A stretch of 63,197 nucleotides of DNA, filler included, from Octopus bimaculoides (lineage: Eukaryota), in the NCBI RefSeq assembly GCF_001194135.2. It is 3 parts of 3 records of this genome, joined end to end, with 100 filler letters (N's around TTAATTAATTAA, not from the genome) between each part and the next. Parts side by side here need not be neighbours in the genome. Positions count along the whole stretch, not along the records: positions 1 to 30,633 come from NC_068996.1; 2 more parts are not named here. One strand, given 5' to 3'. The notes beneath the pieces are model-generated. The model was given only the letters and a program-made list of their open reading frames with translations. It had not been told where the DNA came from and made no database searches. Shown here one piece after another: positions 1 to 12,759 of this stretch. How positions within the stretch are numbered: the first letter of the stretch is position 1; the number at the start of each line of letters is the position of its first letter. The translations under genes were made by a program, and so were the position numbers.

Positions 1-59
<59 letters not shown>

Positions 60-186
60 CAGAGAGAAAATGAGGGAAGGGATGAAGGGGAAAAGGGGAA
101 AAGGGAGAATAGCTACAAATATAAGTAAGAGGGTGAGATATAATAAACAGGGGTAGGTGGAAAGGCTAGAAATAGAAGAGGGCGAG

Positions 187-241
<55 letters not shown>

Positions 242-275
242 GAGAGAGCGAGAGAGAGAGAGAGAGAGAGAGAGA
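1..275. repeat. (GA)n and (GATA)n microsatellites
   Basis: Direct reading: (GA)n at 1-56, (GATA)n at ~188-240, (GA)n at ~241-275. Confidence 0.95.
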
Positions 276-1191
276 GGGGGAAAGAGAAAGAGAGTGAAGA
301 CAAGAAGAGTCGCAGAGATATATAAAAAAAACATTCTGTTAATAAAATCGAGGTGCGTACGTTCCGTTACTTAACAAATAAAAAATGCATTGTAAATAAA
401 CGACGACAAGTAAAAAACGTATAGGCATACTGAGTGTATAACCGCATGGGAGAGAAACACAGAAGCTCCCTAATTCTTCATCAGTTATCAACCAAATGGT
501 AATACTCAGTTTCACACCATTAATGATAAGCCTGAGAGCTTTGCATGGTGACGGTGTCTGCGGAAGCTGCAGAGAATATAGGCCCTAGAGCAAGCAAAAC
601 AACACAGAGTTGACATAGGAAAGTAAAATAAATGTAATTTACGACAATCGGTTTATAAGGTTAAGATCCAAGGATCCAAATGTACGACGTTAATAAGCTT
701 CATGTAGTCCCTGACAGGTATAGAACCCCCCCCCCCAAAAAAAAAGTGGAGTATGTACGTTTGGGAACAATAATAATTCATTGGCGTCGAGGGTTACTCA
801 CTTTTTCCTCATATCGAAATTAGGTGGATATTCGATTAGCTGAAAATTTCTTTATAGCTCACAATTCTTAGCAACTAGTGTTGCTGTGAATTCGAATAAA
901 GTTCAAAATTGAGGGAATGGAACAGGTAAAACCCAAGCTGTTTATGTTTCCAGTTTCACCACTCATTTCAAATTACATCTACGGTAAGTTAAAAATTTAG
1001 ATTCCCAAACGACAATACATAGTTAATGTAATTAAGGTATTCTTGGCACGATGAATAGCTTAGCTGACTGCTCCTCGTTGAGTAATCATAACATCAGAAG
1101 ACCAGCTAGCTAAGAAACACATGTAACCTGTATTATCTTGATCCACGCCCTCAATTTGGATTCATATACATACATATATATACACAAACAC

Positions 1192-1222
<31 letters not shown>

Positions 1223-1494
1223 CCGGAGTAAGCACATAAATGTTTTATTTAAAAGCAGCAGAGTAACAGCTTTTGTTATATTTTCTGCTACTTTTAAATA
1301 AAGTATATATATGTATGTATGTATATATATATATATATGTATGTATGTATGTATATANNNNNNNNNNNNNNNNNNNNNNNNNNNNNNNNNNNNNNNNNNN
1401 NNNNNNNNNNNNNNNNNNNNNNNNNNNNNNNNNNNNNNNNNNNNNNNNNNNNNNNNNNNNNNNNNNNNNNNNNNNNNNNNNNNNNNNNNNNNNN

Positions 1495-1527
<33 letters not shown>

Positions 1528-1582
1528 TACATATATATACATATATATACGTACATATATATACATACACACGCACACATAA

Positions 1583-1770
1583 GTGTGTGTCTTTGCATCT
1601 GTGTTTGTCTCCCACCACTGTTTGACAACCGGTGTGTTTACGTCCCAATGACCTAGCGGTTCGGCAAAATAGTTCCTTAGAATAAGTACGAGGCTTTAAA
1701 AGAAAAAGTCCTGGAGTAGATTCACTCGATTAAAACTTCAAGGTAATGCCCCAGCATGGCTGCAGTCTAA
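1583..1770 (+). mobile_element. SINE family A, 3' half
   Basis: Matches the 3' half of the full copy at 5626-6036 (tgacaaccg..gtgtttacgtccc..tagcggttcggcaaaa..aataagtac..ccagcatggctgcagtc). Confidence 0.85.
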
Positions 1771-1780
1771 TATGTGTCTA

Positions 1781-1863
<83 letters not shown>

Positions 1864-1864
1864 A

Positions 1865-1958
1865 TATTATTTTGTTTCAGTCATTAGACTGCAGCCATGC
1901 TGGGTCGTAGCCTTGAAGAAGTTTTAGTCGAATGAATCGACCCTAGGACTTTTCTCTG
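1865..1958 (-). mobile_element. SINE family A, 3' end (inverted relative to 1583-1770)
   Basis: tgtttcagtcattagactgcagccatgctgg..tagtcga..atcgaccctaggact is the reverse complement of the family A tail. Confidence 0.8.
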
Positions 1959-3158
1959 AAAATAGAGATACTTAGTCGTCATAATGGTATGCATTTAGTC
2001 TTGCAGTCAAATTAGGCTCAGGATGGCAGGGAATTTTTTCAGCATGTTAGAATCAGGATTGAACCGATCTATTCCTTTGATATTTATAATTTCATCACAT
2101 GTGGTCCCTTCAATAGTTATAGCTATTACAAAGGAGATAATCATTTCGCCTTAGTACGAGGCAGGATGAGAAATTTCAAATTGATGTCAAGATATTATAA
2201 AGAAAATGATGCATAAAATTTACATATATATTTTATGTTTACTTAATATGAAAGTCTTAAAATTTCTGACAATTGGTAATCAAGCAAAGTACTATTTGAT
2301 TCTTTTTAGAATCCACCAGCATGATACACGTTGGGATTTATTAATCAAATTTCTATGATGTGAGCTATTTTATTAAACATAGAAATTATTAAAGTCTAGA
2401 GGATGGGCATGGATTTACTTTTCACCATAGAGTGTTAGCAAATTAGAAATCGACTAGAAAGTTTTTTAATGTTTCCATGGAATTCTACCAAATGAAAATG
2501 TTTTGTATTACCTAATAGACTTAACTTTAACTGCAAACAACTTTACAAGCAATTTCCCAATGTATACTCTGCAGAAAGGACAATCGCTTCGAGCTGTTAT
2601 GTTTCAGTGGCATTCTGTAGTGCGTGTCATGGAACAGACAGCGTCTCATAAGCACATACGCCTTGACCGCTTCTTCAGGTTTCATTAAATTCGTTCTGAC
2701 GTGATGTATTAACTATAGGACATTTAAACAAAATTGTGTCTCAACCCAACTCGTTCTCATAATACTTCAAGGTTGACAACCTGATAAATATTACTCGAGC
2801 GTATTACTAGTGTAATGAGTAAATATAAAAGGAAATGAAGTCATATCACTATGTTTCATCCTGCTACTAAGTTCCAAAAAGTGCACACGTGTACTATATT
2901 TTACATCGAGACTAAATACATACAGATATGAAAATACATATATATTCATTTATAACACACGATTAATGGTACTGTGATAACAGTTGAAAAATTTTTACTA
3001 CATTATTTGATATGGGCTGTTGCTATAATATATATAAAATAGTAAAACTAGGTGTGAAGAAATATAAACCAAACTAATCAAACACTATAGTATAATAAGT
3101 ACACACAAAATTTAACAGGAATAAAAATCCAGTTTGATCTAAAAGATATCTGTATATT

Positions 3159-3362
3159 GAGCTGACAGAATCGTTAGCACGCGGACGAAATGCTGCTAAG
3201 CATTTGATCCGCCTTCACGTTCGAGTTCGAATTTCACAAAGGTCGACTTTACCTTTTATCCTTTAAGAGTGTTGGTAAAATAAGTACCAGTTGAGTACTG
3301 CGGTCGGTGTAATCGACTTAGCCATTTCCCCAAAATTGCTGGTCACGTACCAAGATTTTAAA
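3159..3362 (+). mobile_element. SINE family B (tRNA-like head), followed by (TTG)n
   Basis: gagctgacagaatcgttagcac..gagttcgaattt (B-box-like)..ggtcgacttt..aaaataagtaccagttgagtactg..aatcgact; many homologues elsewhere in the window. Confidence 0.85.
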
Positions 3363-3381
3363 TTGTTGTTGTTGTTGTTGT

Positions 3382-4495
3382 GTTTCTCACAAAGTTCGGT
3401 CTTGTTTGTTCTGGTAGATTCTGTAAGAGCGGACAGCAGCCTGCTGTCAGAGGTCTCACAGGGTCTCTTTCAGCACATTATAAGCTCTGATACTTGGTTG
3501 TTAATAATCGTAATTATTGTGGGAGACACTCACCATCCCAGTAACAATCTGAAAACCCTCGCTGTCTCCAACAGTGCAGATTTTGGGGCTTCCTTTGCTC
3601 TCATATCAATTCCGATTTCTCTGACATATTTCTCGAACTTGGTTGTTACTGTTCCGAGTACCCCTAAAACTATTGGAATGGCTGACACATTACTCATAGT
3701 CCACAGCCTTGCAATTCCGTCTTTTAGTAGTCTGTACTTTTCAGTCTTTTACAACAATATCTGGTCTCCGAGCCTCGATTAGGGAGTCACATTGGATTGT
3801 AAAATCCCACAGTATGTTATGTTCCTTGTTCTCAGTGACAACTTCTGCTTCATGTTCGTACCATTTCCATACTCAGTTCTGCCCGTACTTTTCACATAGA
3901 CCCCAATCTTAGTCACGTTTTCCTGCCTCATTTTATAGTGTTTTTGGGACAGCTTGCTACACTTACTCATAATATTTGAGATTGTTTCGTTTCTGCTGCC
4001 ACAGATCTTACAGAGGGGTGATTCATTGCACTTATCTAGTTGGAACTTGGTGTAATTATTTCTCAGAGCTTGTTCTTGGGCGCTGCATATCAATGCCTCA
4101 GTGCATCCTTTCAGATCACTTTTTCTTCGTCATCTCCAAGCGTTGATCTTGTCTTTTCCTTCGATTTCTCTGAGGTATTGCCCATGCAGTAGTTTCATTT
4201 TCCAGTTGTTTACTCTTTCTTCTTCACATTGTTTCTTAAATGCTTGTAGGTAGTATAATGTTAATTCTAACAGCGGCAAGCAAGAATTCACTCTTCTGTT
4301 TGATGTACCATTACAAACTGTTTTTTTTTTCGTTTATACAGATCTTGCATCCTATGAGACCTCATTTATCCCTGTTTCTAGGTACATACAATCTGTCAGC
4401 ATCGTTTTTCGGGTGTAGTTCCTTGTTAATTGTCATCAATTTTCTAGTTTTCCTGTCCATTTATTCAAGCTCGTTTGAAGCAAAATGTTCGGCAA
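3382..4495 (-). mobile_element. Degenerate non-LTR retrotransposon A, RLE-type (R4/Dong-like), 3' part
   Basis: Manual translation gives DRKTRKL..LHPKNDADRLYVPR (RT thumb), WKMKLLHGQYLR, ICSAQEQAL..CKICGSRNETISNIMSKC (degenerate CCHC), WDFTIQCDSLIEARRPDIVV and EKYRLLKDGIARLW..IPIVLGVLG..LLETAR; stop at 3530-3532, then 3' UTR. Frameshifts and stops present. Confidence 0.9.
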
Positions 4496-4499
4496 GTTC

Positions 4500-7385
4500 T
4501 TGCCGAAAATTGCCCTCTAATAATTTTCCCTTCCTCATTTGGATCATCTTAAGTGCTCCTGCAATCACTGTTATTGTAACCGTCTTCAGATGCCACATCT
4601 TTTCGATTTCGATTAGCAAATTTTTATATTTTCTGAGTTTATCAAATCCTTTTGCCGAAATATTATGGTCACAGGGTATGCTCATGTCAATCAATAAACA
4701 GACTTTATTATTTTGGGCTTTCATACCAATATCTTTTTTTTTAGCCTTGACGGTCCGCTCTATATGCATTGAAAAGTTCCTAAGAATCGTTACATTTTCT
4801 TGCCCAGTTACACTCTCAGGATGGTATTTGTACCATTAGTCGGCAGTTTTGATTTTATAACATATTATCCAATGTAGATATTGGGCAACTCTGTCATGTC
4901 TTGATTTATACTCTATAGGTACGAAAACTTTACATCCAGTGCTTAGGTGGTCGACTGTTTTAATCTCATCGTTGCACTATCGGCACATAGGGTCTACTCG
5001 ATTTTTCCTCATATTGGCTTGGTAGTTCCGGCACAAGTTGCCCTTCTCTTGATAGCTAAGATGAACCTTTCGCTCTCTGAATTTCGCCCTGAGCTCCGTA
5101 ACCAGTGATGGGTATGCTTCAGGTCTACATCAGCTTCTTTGCTATGAGCTACATATTTGCCATGCAGAGGTTTCTGTTCCCACTTATTTCATTTTCTCTT
5201 TGCCATAGGTTTTACTTTCTTTGCAACAACAGTTGCTGCAATTCCATCGTGCTGTTCCGGCTGGATATCATGCATGAACTCTCTAGCAAACTTTTGCTCC
5301 CCCCAATTCGTGACAGAGTTAACCTTCTTATGTCAACAGGGTTTTCAACGAGTTTTAGCATCCAGTCCTTAGATGTTTCATGATATCTGGCGAGTCCAGT
5401 TGTGGTAGTTTTATGAGAGATTTCAAATTGGATAAAGCCTCGACCTTCTTAGGCTCTGGAAAGTTAACGGCGATCTGCGCCTGCCTTTGTGTAATGCATT
5501 TTATTGCAAGTCAGCAGCTTACAGAATTTCGTGTCAATCTTCCTTATTTTGCTCATATTCCAGTTAAATACATTGAAACTGTAAATAACAAACGAAACTG
5601 CTAAGGAATTTATAGCTAATTTATAGGCGCAGGAGTGGCTGTGTGGTAAGTAGCTTGCTTACCAACCACATGGTTCCGGGTTCATTACCACTGCGTGGCA
5701 CCTTGGGTAACTGTCTTCTACTATAGCCTCGGGCCGACCAAAGCCTTGTGAGTGGATGTGGTAGACGGAAACTGAAAGAAGCTTGTCGTATATATGTATA
5801 TATATATGTGTGTATATGTCTGTATATGTTTGTGTGTCTGTGTTTGTACGCCCAACATCGCTTGACAACCGATGGTGGTGTGTTTAGGTCCCCGTAACTT
5901 AGCGGTTCGGCAAAAGAGACCGATAGAATAAGTACTAGGCATCCAAAGTCCTGGGGTCGATTTGCTTGACTAAAGGCGGTGCTCCAGCATGGCCGCAGTC
6001 AAATGACTGAAACAAGTAAAAGAGTAAAAGAGAGAGTAACATCTTGTTACGTGCATTTAACACGTATTTTAGGACTGCACGAACTCTCCAGTAGCACTCC
6101 ATCCTGATCTTCTCATTCATACTTGCATGTTGAACGCCAGAGCCCTCATTTATTCCGAGTTATTTGTAAGCTTGTTCCTGCTCAAGTTCTTTTATGACTG
6201 TCAGCATCCAACACCACTGAATGTGGCGTCTTCAGTTTCCCTTTCTGGAAAGTGGCCTTGGTACATTTATCAATACCAAATTTCATCCCGATATCATCAC
6301 TGAATGATTTCACAGAACGTAGTCATTATCGTCTTTGCTATAGAGTTTTAAGTCATCCATATAAAATAAATTACTTATTTTCTAATCGCCAATTTTATAC
6401 TCTTGTTAAGTTCACTTGTATTGGGTATTAGGGCTATGCAGAAAATTAAAGGTGAAAGTAAGTTACCTTGGAAAATGCCGCAGTTGATATTAATATTTTT
6501 TGTGGTCTGTACTCCATTAGAGTGCTATAATTGGAGATCCGTATTCCACATTGACATGTGCTCCAGGAAGTTTGAAATCACCAGAGAAATTTTGAAGATA
6601 TCCAGCGATTTCAAGATCCATGATTGCAGTATACTGTTAAAGGCCTTTTTATAATCAATCCATGCAGAACTGAGATTTCTGCGTTTGTTATGACAGTTCT
6701 CAAGAATCATGCGATTGATTAAGAGTTGGTCTTTGCATCCATATGAGCCTCGTCTACACCCATTTTGTTCAGTGGGGAAAATATCGTTCTGTTCCATAAA
6801 TTTGTGTTTTCTTCACGAGGATGGATGTTAAAATTTTATACGTAGTAGACAGACATGTTATGGGCTGATAGCTTTGGGAGAGTTTGGTTTCATTATTATT
6901 TGGGAGTAGGTAAGTAATACCTCTTGCTAACCAATCAGGTGTTTTCGTAGGATCTCTCATAATTTCATTGAATAACTGGACTAACTTTTCCTGTGCTCAC
7001 GGGAGCGATGCGAGCCAGAAATTTGTAACCCTATCATTACCACGAGATTTCCACTTATGAGCCTTCGTGAGATTTCCACTTATGAGCCTTAGGTCTGCTA
7101 TTGTAATGTCTTCCCATACTTGTTCTGGTAAGTTTTGCTAGGATCCTTCTGTGCATCTAATCCAGTCTGTATTTTCATTGTCTTTTCATCACTCCAGATA
7201 TTTTTCCAGAAGTTTTTAATGGGGTCTTCAGCGGTTATTTTCTCTTTCCTTATTTCTCTATAGAATGTTTTTGCTTTGGATGTGAACAGCTTATTTCGTT
7301 TGTAAAACTTGTTTCTCTTCTCAAATCTTCGTATTCTTTGAGATTTTGCTTGGACTTTTTGTTGCAGTGTTTCTTTTGCAGAAAG
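4500..7385 (-). mobile_element. Degenerate non-LTR retrotransposon B, RT + CCHC + RLE (R4/Dong-like), interrupted by a SINE
   Basis: RT motifs PDWLARGITYLLP..YQPITCLSTTYKIL, EQNGCRRGSYGCKDQLLIN, WIDYKKAF, GIFQGNLLSP, YMDD (6352-6363), FSDDIGMKFGIDKC; WEQKPLHGKY; CR*C..VDHLSTGC..RHDRVAQYLHW; RLE region CLLIDMSIP..KLRKYKNL..MWHLKT. Multiple stops and frameshifts. Confidence 0.93.
5626..6036 (+). mobile_element. SINE family A, full length (tRNA-like head, internal TA/TG microsatellite, 3' module)
   Basis: A-box-like TGGCTGTGTGG, B-box-like GGTTCATTACC, then ccttgggtaactgtcttc, an internal (TA)/(TG) tract and a tail ending gagtaaaagagagag. Interrupts LINE B. Confidence 0.9.
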
Positions 7386-7387
7386 CA

Positions 7388-7388
7388 G

Positions 7389-7423
<35 letters not shown>

Positions 7424-7520
7424 CTTCTTCTTCTTCTTCTTCTTCTTCTTCTTCTTCTTCTTCTTCTTCTTCTTCTTCTTCTTCTTCTTCTTCTTCTTCT
7501 TCTTCTTCTTCTTCTTCTTC
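7388..7520. repeat. Compound (GTT)n(CTT)n microsatellite
   Basis: Direct reading. Confidence 0.95.
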
Positions 7521-7659
7521 TATCGATACATATCGAACATCACTCCCGTATGTTCGTTATTAATTCTGTTGTTACATAAAGTTATATATTGACCATTTGT
7601 TATCGTTTTGGAATTAGACAAACATTAGGGAGCTGGGTTTTTTACTCCATCTAGATCCA

Positions 7660-7770
7660 CACACACTCACAAATTTCTACTAAATCTACTCGCAAGCCTT
7701 TGGCTGAGGTGACACGTAGTAGAACTGAACCCGGATCCACGGGATTGTGAGGTAAATATCAGAACCATGA
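7660..7770 (-). mobile_element. Degenerate SINE family A head
   Basis: ttctactaaatctactcgcaagcctttgg..actgaacccggatccac resembles the reverse complement of the family A head. Confidence 0.5.
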
Positions 7771-9630
7771 TCATATACAGTTGTGAATCGAGTAGAGTTC
7801 GTTGTGTCGCAATGCAAATCACTTCCTTTTCCCTTGTCTCAGTTTACTCAGCAGAAAATGAGCACTGGTTCATTATTGGTGCAGCCCTTTCTCACCTAGG
7901 ATCTCTCTCTCTTTCCATTTGTTACATCACATATTTTGGGCTGAGGCAACGCTAAGTGTCTATATTTCCTCGCGACTATATTAGCACCTAAAACGATTTG
8001 CGAAAACATGGTCAATGCTATCATGCCATAAACACTTGAAAAACTGACATGTATCGGCGGGGAGGTTTATTGCACACATGTATTCTCGCATAACAAAATG
8101 AAAATATAGACACATACACACATATATGTATGTGTGTATGTTTATATATACTCATACACATAAATAAGGTTCAGGTTAAACACACTTTTAGCATGTTATG
8201 CAAAACTCGTCCTCCTTCTCCGATCACTGCCGAGCCTTACTTTCTCTACTTTCGCCTTCAGAATCACCTTTAACATCTACGCCCCACTTTTCATCACTAT
8301 GATCTCGGTCTCTGGAATTCCCCTTCTCTTATTGTCTTTATTTTACTTCAGTTTTATACACACAAATAGACACACTCATGCAAACTTAGATGCACACACA
8401 GATATCCCCACATCAGTATTTTTGTATATATATATATATATACAAACACACATTCATGGGTATTCCGAATCATCCATACACATAAACATACACCCACACG
8501 CACACACACAGACACACACAGACACACACACACATACACGCGCACAGACACAGACACACACGCACACGCACAACACACACACGCATTAGGGAAGAAATCG
8601 CTATGTCATTAGTTCTATCACTTGCGCCTGTGTGCCATATTCTTTGCAATATTATCGGGTAATTCCTTCAAGTTCGTTCTTTAACTACTTGTAGTGCCAG
8701 AATACACTGACTAGAGATGGCGAGAAAAGTTCCTTTTTCTCTCTTAAACACACACACACACANNNNNNNNNNNNNNNNNNNNNNNNNNNNNNNNNNNNNN
8801 NNNNNNNNNNNNNNNNNNNNNNNNNNNNNNNNNNNNNNNNNNNNNNNNNNNNNNNNNNNNNNNNNNNNNNNNNNNNNNNNNNNNNNNNNNNNNNNNNNNN
8901 NNNNNNNNNNNNNNNNNNNNNNNNNNNNNNNNNNNNNNNNNNNNNNNNNNNNNNNNNNNNNNNNNNNNNNNNNNNNNNNNNNNNNNNNNNNNNNNNNNNN
9001 NNNNNNNNNNNNNNNNNNNNNNNNNNNNNNNNNNNNNNNNNNNNNNNNNNNNNNNNNNNNNNNNNNNNNNNNNNNNNNNNNNNNNNNNNACACACACACA
9101 CACACACATTACTTTAAAAAATCTGTCAACCTTTTTGGCCAAAGAACACTTAGCAGAAAAGATAACGTAGAATATCTTACACCCTCATATGTACAAAAAG
9201 TTCAGAATATCTACCCTACTGCTATTTCCTTTTATTATTTTTTTTGTTTTCAGGCTATAATTTGAAAAATAATGATACTCATAAGTAAATTTTCCATATC
9301 TCATCTATATTCCCATATTCAAACATCAGCGGGAAGAAAGAACGTGACAGTCGTATGTAACAGATTAAATTCAATTTATCTTACATCAGTTTTCGTAAAA
9401 GCCATTTTATAAAAGATCTATAGTCCTCGATGACATACACATTCTAATCCTAGGATGATCCGATTCGTTCCATTCCTCGGTAGAAAAATATGCGTTCTCT
9501 TCTCCAACACCGCCACCACCATCACCACCATCTCCGCCCATATGCACCGAAATAAACGCCTCGTTCCCAATCAAATCCAACCTTATTTCTAAAGACACCG
9601 AACTCTGCACTTATATTCCGTGTGTGTATG

Positions 9631-9663
<33 letters not shown>

Positions 9664-10455
9664 NNNNNNNNNNNNNNNNNNNNNNNNNNNNNNNNNNNNN
9701 NNNNNNNNNNNNNNNNNNNNNNNNNNNNNNNNNNNNNNNNNNNNNNNNNNNNNNNNNNNNNNNNNNNNNNNNNNNNNNNNNNNNNNNNNNNNNNNNNNNN
9801 NNNNNNNNNNNNNNNNNNNNNNNNNNNNNNNNNNNNNNNNNNNNNNNNNNNNNNNNNNNNNNNNNNNNNNNNNNNNNNNNNNNNNNNNNNNNNNNNNNNN
9901 NNNNNNNNNNNNNNNNNNNNNNNNNNNNNNNNNNNNNNNNNNNNNNNNNNNNNNNNNNNNNNNNNNNNNNNNNNNNNNNNNNNNNNNNNNNNNNNNNNNN
10001 NNNNNNNNNNNNNNNNNNNNNNNNNNNNNNNNNNNNNNNNNNNNNNNNNNNNNNNNNNNNNNNNNNNNNNNNNNNNNNNNNNNNNNNNNNNNNNNNNNNN
10101 NNNNNNNNNNNNNNNNNNNNNNNNNNNNNNNNNNNNNNNNNNNNNNNNNNNNNNNNNNNNNNNNNNNNNNNNNNNNNNNNNNNNNNNNNNNNNNNNNNNN
10201 NNNNNNNNNNNNNNNNNNNNNNNNNNNNNNNNNNNNNNNNNNNNNNNNNNNNNNNNNNNNNNNNNNNNNNNNNNNNNNNNNNNNNNNNNNNNNNNNNNNN
10301 NNNNNNNNNNNNNNNNNNNNNNNNNNNNNNNNNNNNNNNNNNNNNNNNNNNNNNNNNNNNNNNNNNNNNNNNNNNNNNNNNNNNNNNNNNNNNNNNNNNN
10401 NNNNNNNNNNNNNNNNNNNNNNNNNNNNNNNNNNNNNNNNNNNNNNNNNNNNNNN

Positions 10456-10496
<41 letters not shown>

Positions 10497-11848
10497 AGCC
10501 CACAACTCACTCTAGAAATGTAGACATAAAATGACATGCTTATGAATATGTGTTTGTATATGCATCTGAGCATGTACATATATCAATAATCTGATCTCTC
10601 ATCTATAATGTATATTTCGAATCTCTAGTATACAGAGTAAGTAAGCCTACCAAAATGGGAAAGAAAAAAACAGCAAAGAAGAGAGACGAACTAAGAAAGA
10701 AGGGAAAGAAGCAAAAGACAAAGAAAGAAGTAAAGAAGCGAAAGAATGCAAGCAAAGGTAATAGAAAAAAGAGAAAACAGAAGTAATGAAAGAAAGAAAC
10801 AGTAAAAGGAATAATTTATAAAACGAAAGAAAATTAAAAAGAAAATTCTCCAAAGGCCTATAAAAGTATTTCTAAATAAAATTACCGGGTTGTAAAGAGG
10901 TTCTTTTTTTATGTTGTTTTTCTTTCTGTATATGTTATTAAATATATAGCTTTAGTATTTCATTCTCAAATAATCCAGTTTTTTTATATGTCAGTCGGGA
11001 TATATAATATGTCCGTAGCTTTTTAAAGTCCCCCTGGAACCAGTAGAAAGATGAAATCATAAAATTATTAATGTTTTCATACTCAGGCAGAAGGCTAAAT
11101 TTTCCATGGGAAAATATTGTCGGTTCTATTGATTGAATCTACTGTATTTTATCACCCCTTGTCCCCGAGGGAGTGAAAACAGTAACAACTGCGTGAGATT
11201 TCGACTATTGTTTATGAAAACTTGGCCCCGTTCTGTAATATCATAAATAAGCAGTACAAGAAATTCCTTGGAAGGGCATTTAATTCGCTTGAAACCCTTT
11301 CTCATAATCCATTCCGTTATTAATATTATTAATATTCCGCTCATCATCCATTCCGTTATAATATTTTCGTTGCAGCCCTAATACTTCATTTAGAACAACA
11401 TATATGCATATACACATAAAGACATACAGACATATATACTTGCATGTATTTATATCTGTCTGTTTTTACGTATGCATCTACATAGCTATAGGTTATTCAA
11501 AAGTACATTTGGCATTATTATGAATCGGCTGAATCCGGAATTTATTTGAGGATTTTGTGTTTCTTACTATATATTTTCAACTTCATCTCTTTGTGTTCCT
11601 TCATACATCACTACTCCATTTATTAATCATTCTGATTTCATTGAGCAGCATAGCTCGGAGTTTCTAGGGTAGTTGATCTAATAACCATATCATTTATAGT
11701 GCCATTCATCCAGATCACCTAGGGTAGATGAAACAGACATTCCTTACCAACTGAACAGCATTACCATTCCACCTTTAGGATAATAAATACTTTTTAGTAT
11801 TTATTACTTGATAGTTTATTGGGTGTTCGGGTTAAATTTGATAGTATA

Positions 11849-12643
11849 CAGAGTGTTCGGGTTATATATGACAATCTGCATAAAAGGAAAAAGAAGTACT
11901 ATATCGCATCCAAAAATGAAAGCATTTTGAAGAATCAAAACATATGAACGGATTATGTCTGGTAGATAACAGTTTACTCAAGGTAGCCACCACGACATCA
12001 GGCCAGTTCCAGATCTTGGTCTATCCGTTCTTCAATGTATTTCTGAGAACTTCAAACACCTTTTTATCTGGGCCACAGACTCAACCTTCGGATTGCAGGC
12101 AAAACGGTTGGAATCTTTTTCAACTGCACCCAAAACATAGTAACCTATGGAATTACAATCGGCGGAATTAGGACGCCAGAGATTTGCGCTCGTGAAGTCG
12201 TAGAAATGTTTCGACAATCATTTCTGATTTTATTCCGGAGGTATGGCAAAGAGACGAATCCTGCTGACACATTCATATGCCCTTCCACGTAGTCGCCCGA
12301 GACGTGCATAAGAGCCTGTTTCAAGACGTGCAGCAGCATGACGTCATCCTCATTGAAAGGTCACCCAACAGCCATCAGAATTTGGGGCAACTTGGTTACA
12401 GTGTTCATAGTGCATCGAGCAACAATCATGACGTAATGATGTCGGCATTTTGACACCCAGCATGAATCATCATAATAGAGTTGAAACGTTTTCCAGTATT
12501 CAGATGTCTTCCAGTCAGTTTACTTTTTCTCAACTTCAACTTTAATCTCCATGCTCTCCAATGCCGTTGAATTCTCACCAATACATCAAGTTGTTCTTGA
12601 TTAAAGGAGGCAATTGATCGTTAAATTTAGACCGAACATCCTG
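11849..12643 (-). mobile_element. Internally deleted Tc1/mariner element, maT (DD37D)-like
   Basis: Imperfect TIRs cagagtgttcgggtta (11849, preceded by TA) and gaccgaacatcctg (ending 12643). Remnant peptides QQDSSLCHTS and SKHFYDFTSANLWRPNSADCNSIGYYVLGAVEKDSNR. Confidence 0.8.
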
Positions 12644-12759
12644 TGTGTATATATATATATATATATCTATATATNNNNNNNNNNNNNNNNNNNNNNNNNN
12701 NNNNNNNNNNNNNNNNNNNNNNNNNNNNNNNNNNNNNNNNNNNNNNNNNNNNNNTATAT

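Noticed and set aside
2575-2678. Possible exon (cag|..|gtttca), open in one frame
   Set aside because: Weak splice sites and no recognisable peptide.
7044-7090. 22-bp direct duplication in LINE B
   Set aside because: Ordinary slippage mutation in a dead element.
7648-7670. ctagatccacac resembling miR-279
   Set aside because: Partial match only, no precursor hairpin, and it lies at a degenerate SINE edge.
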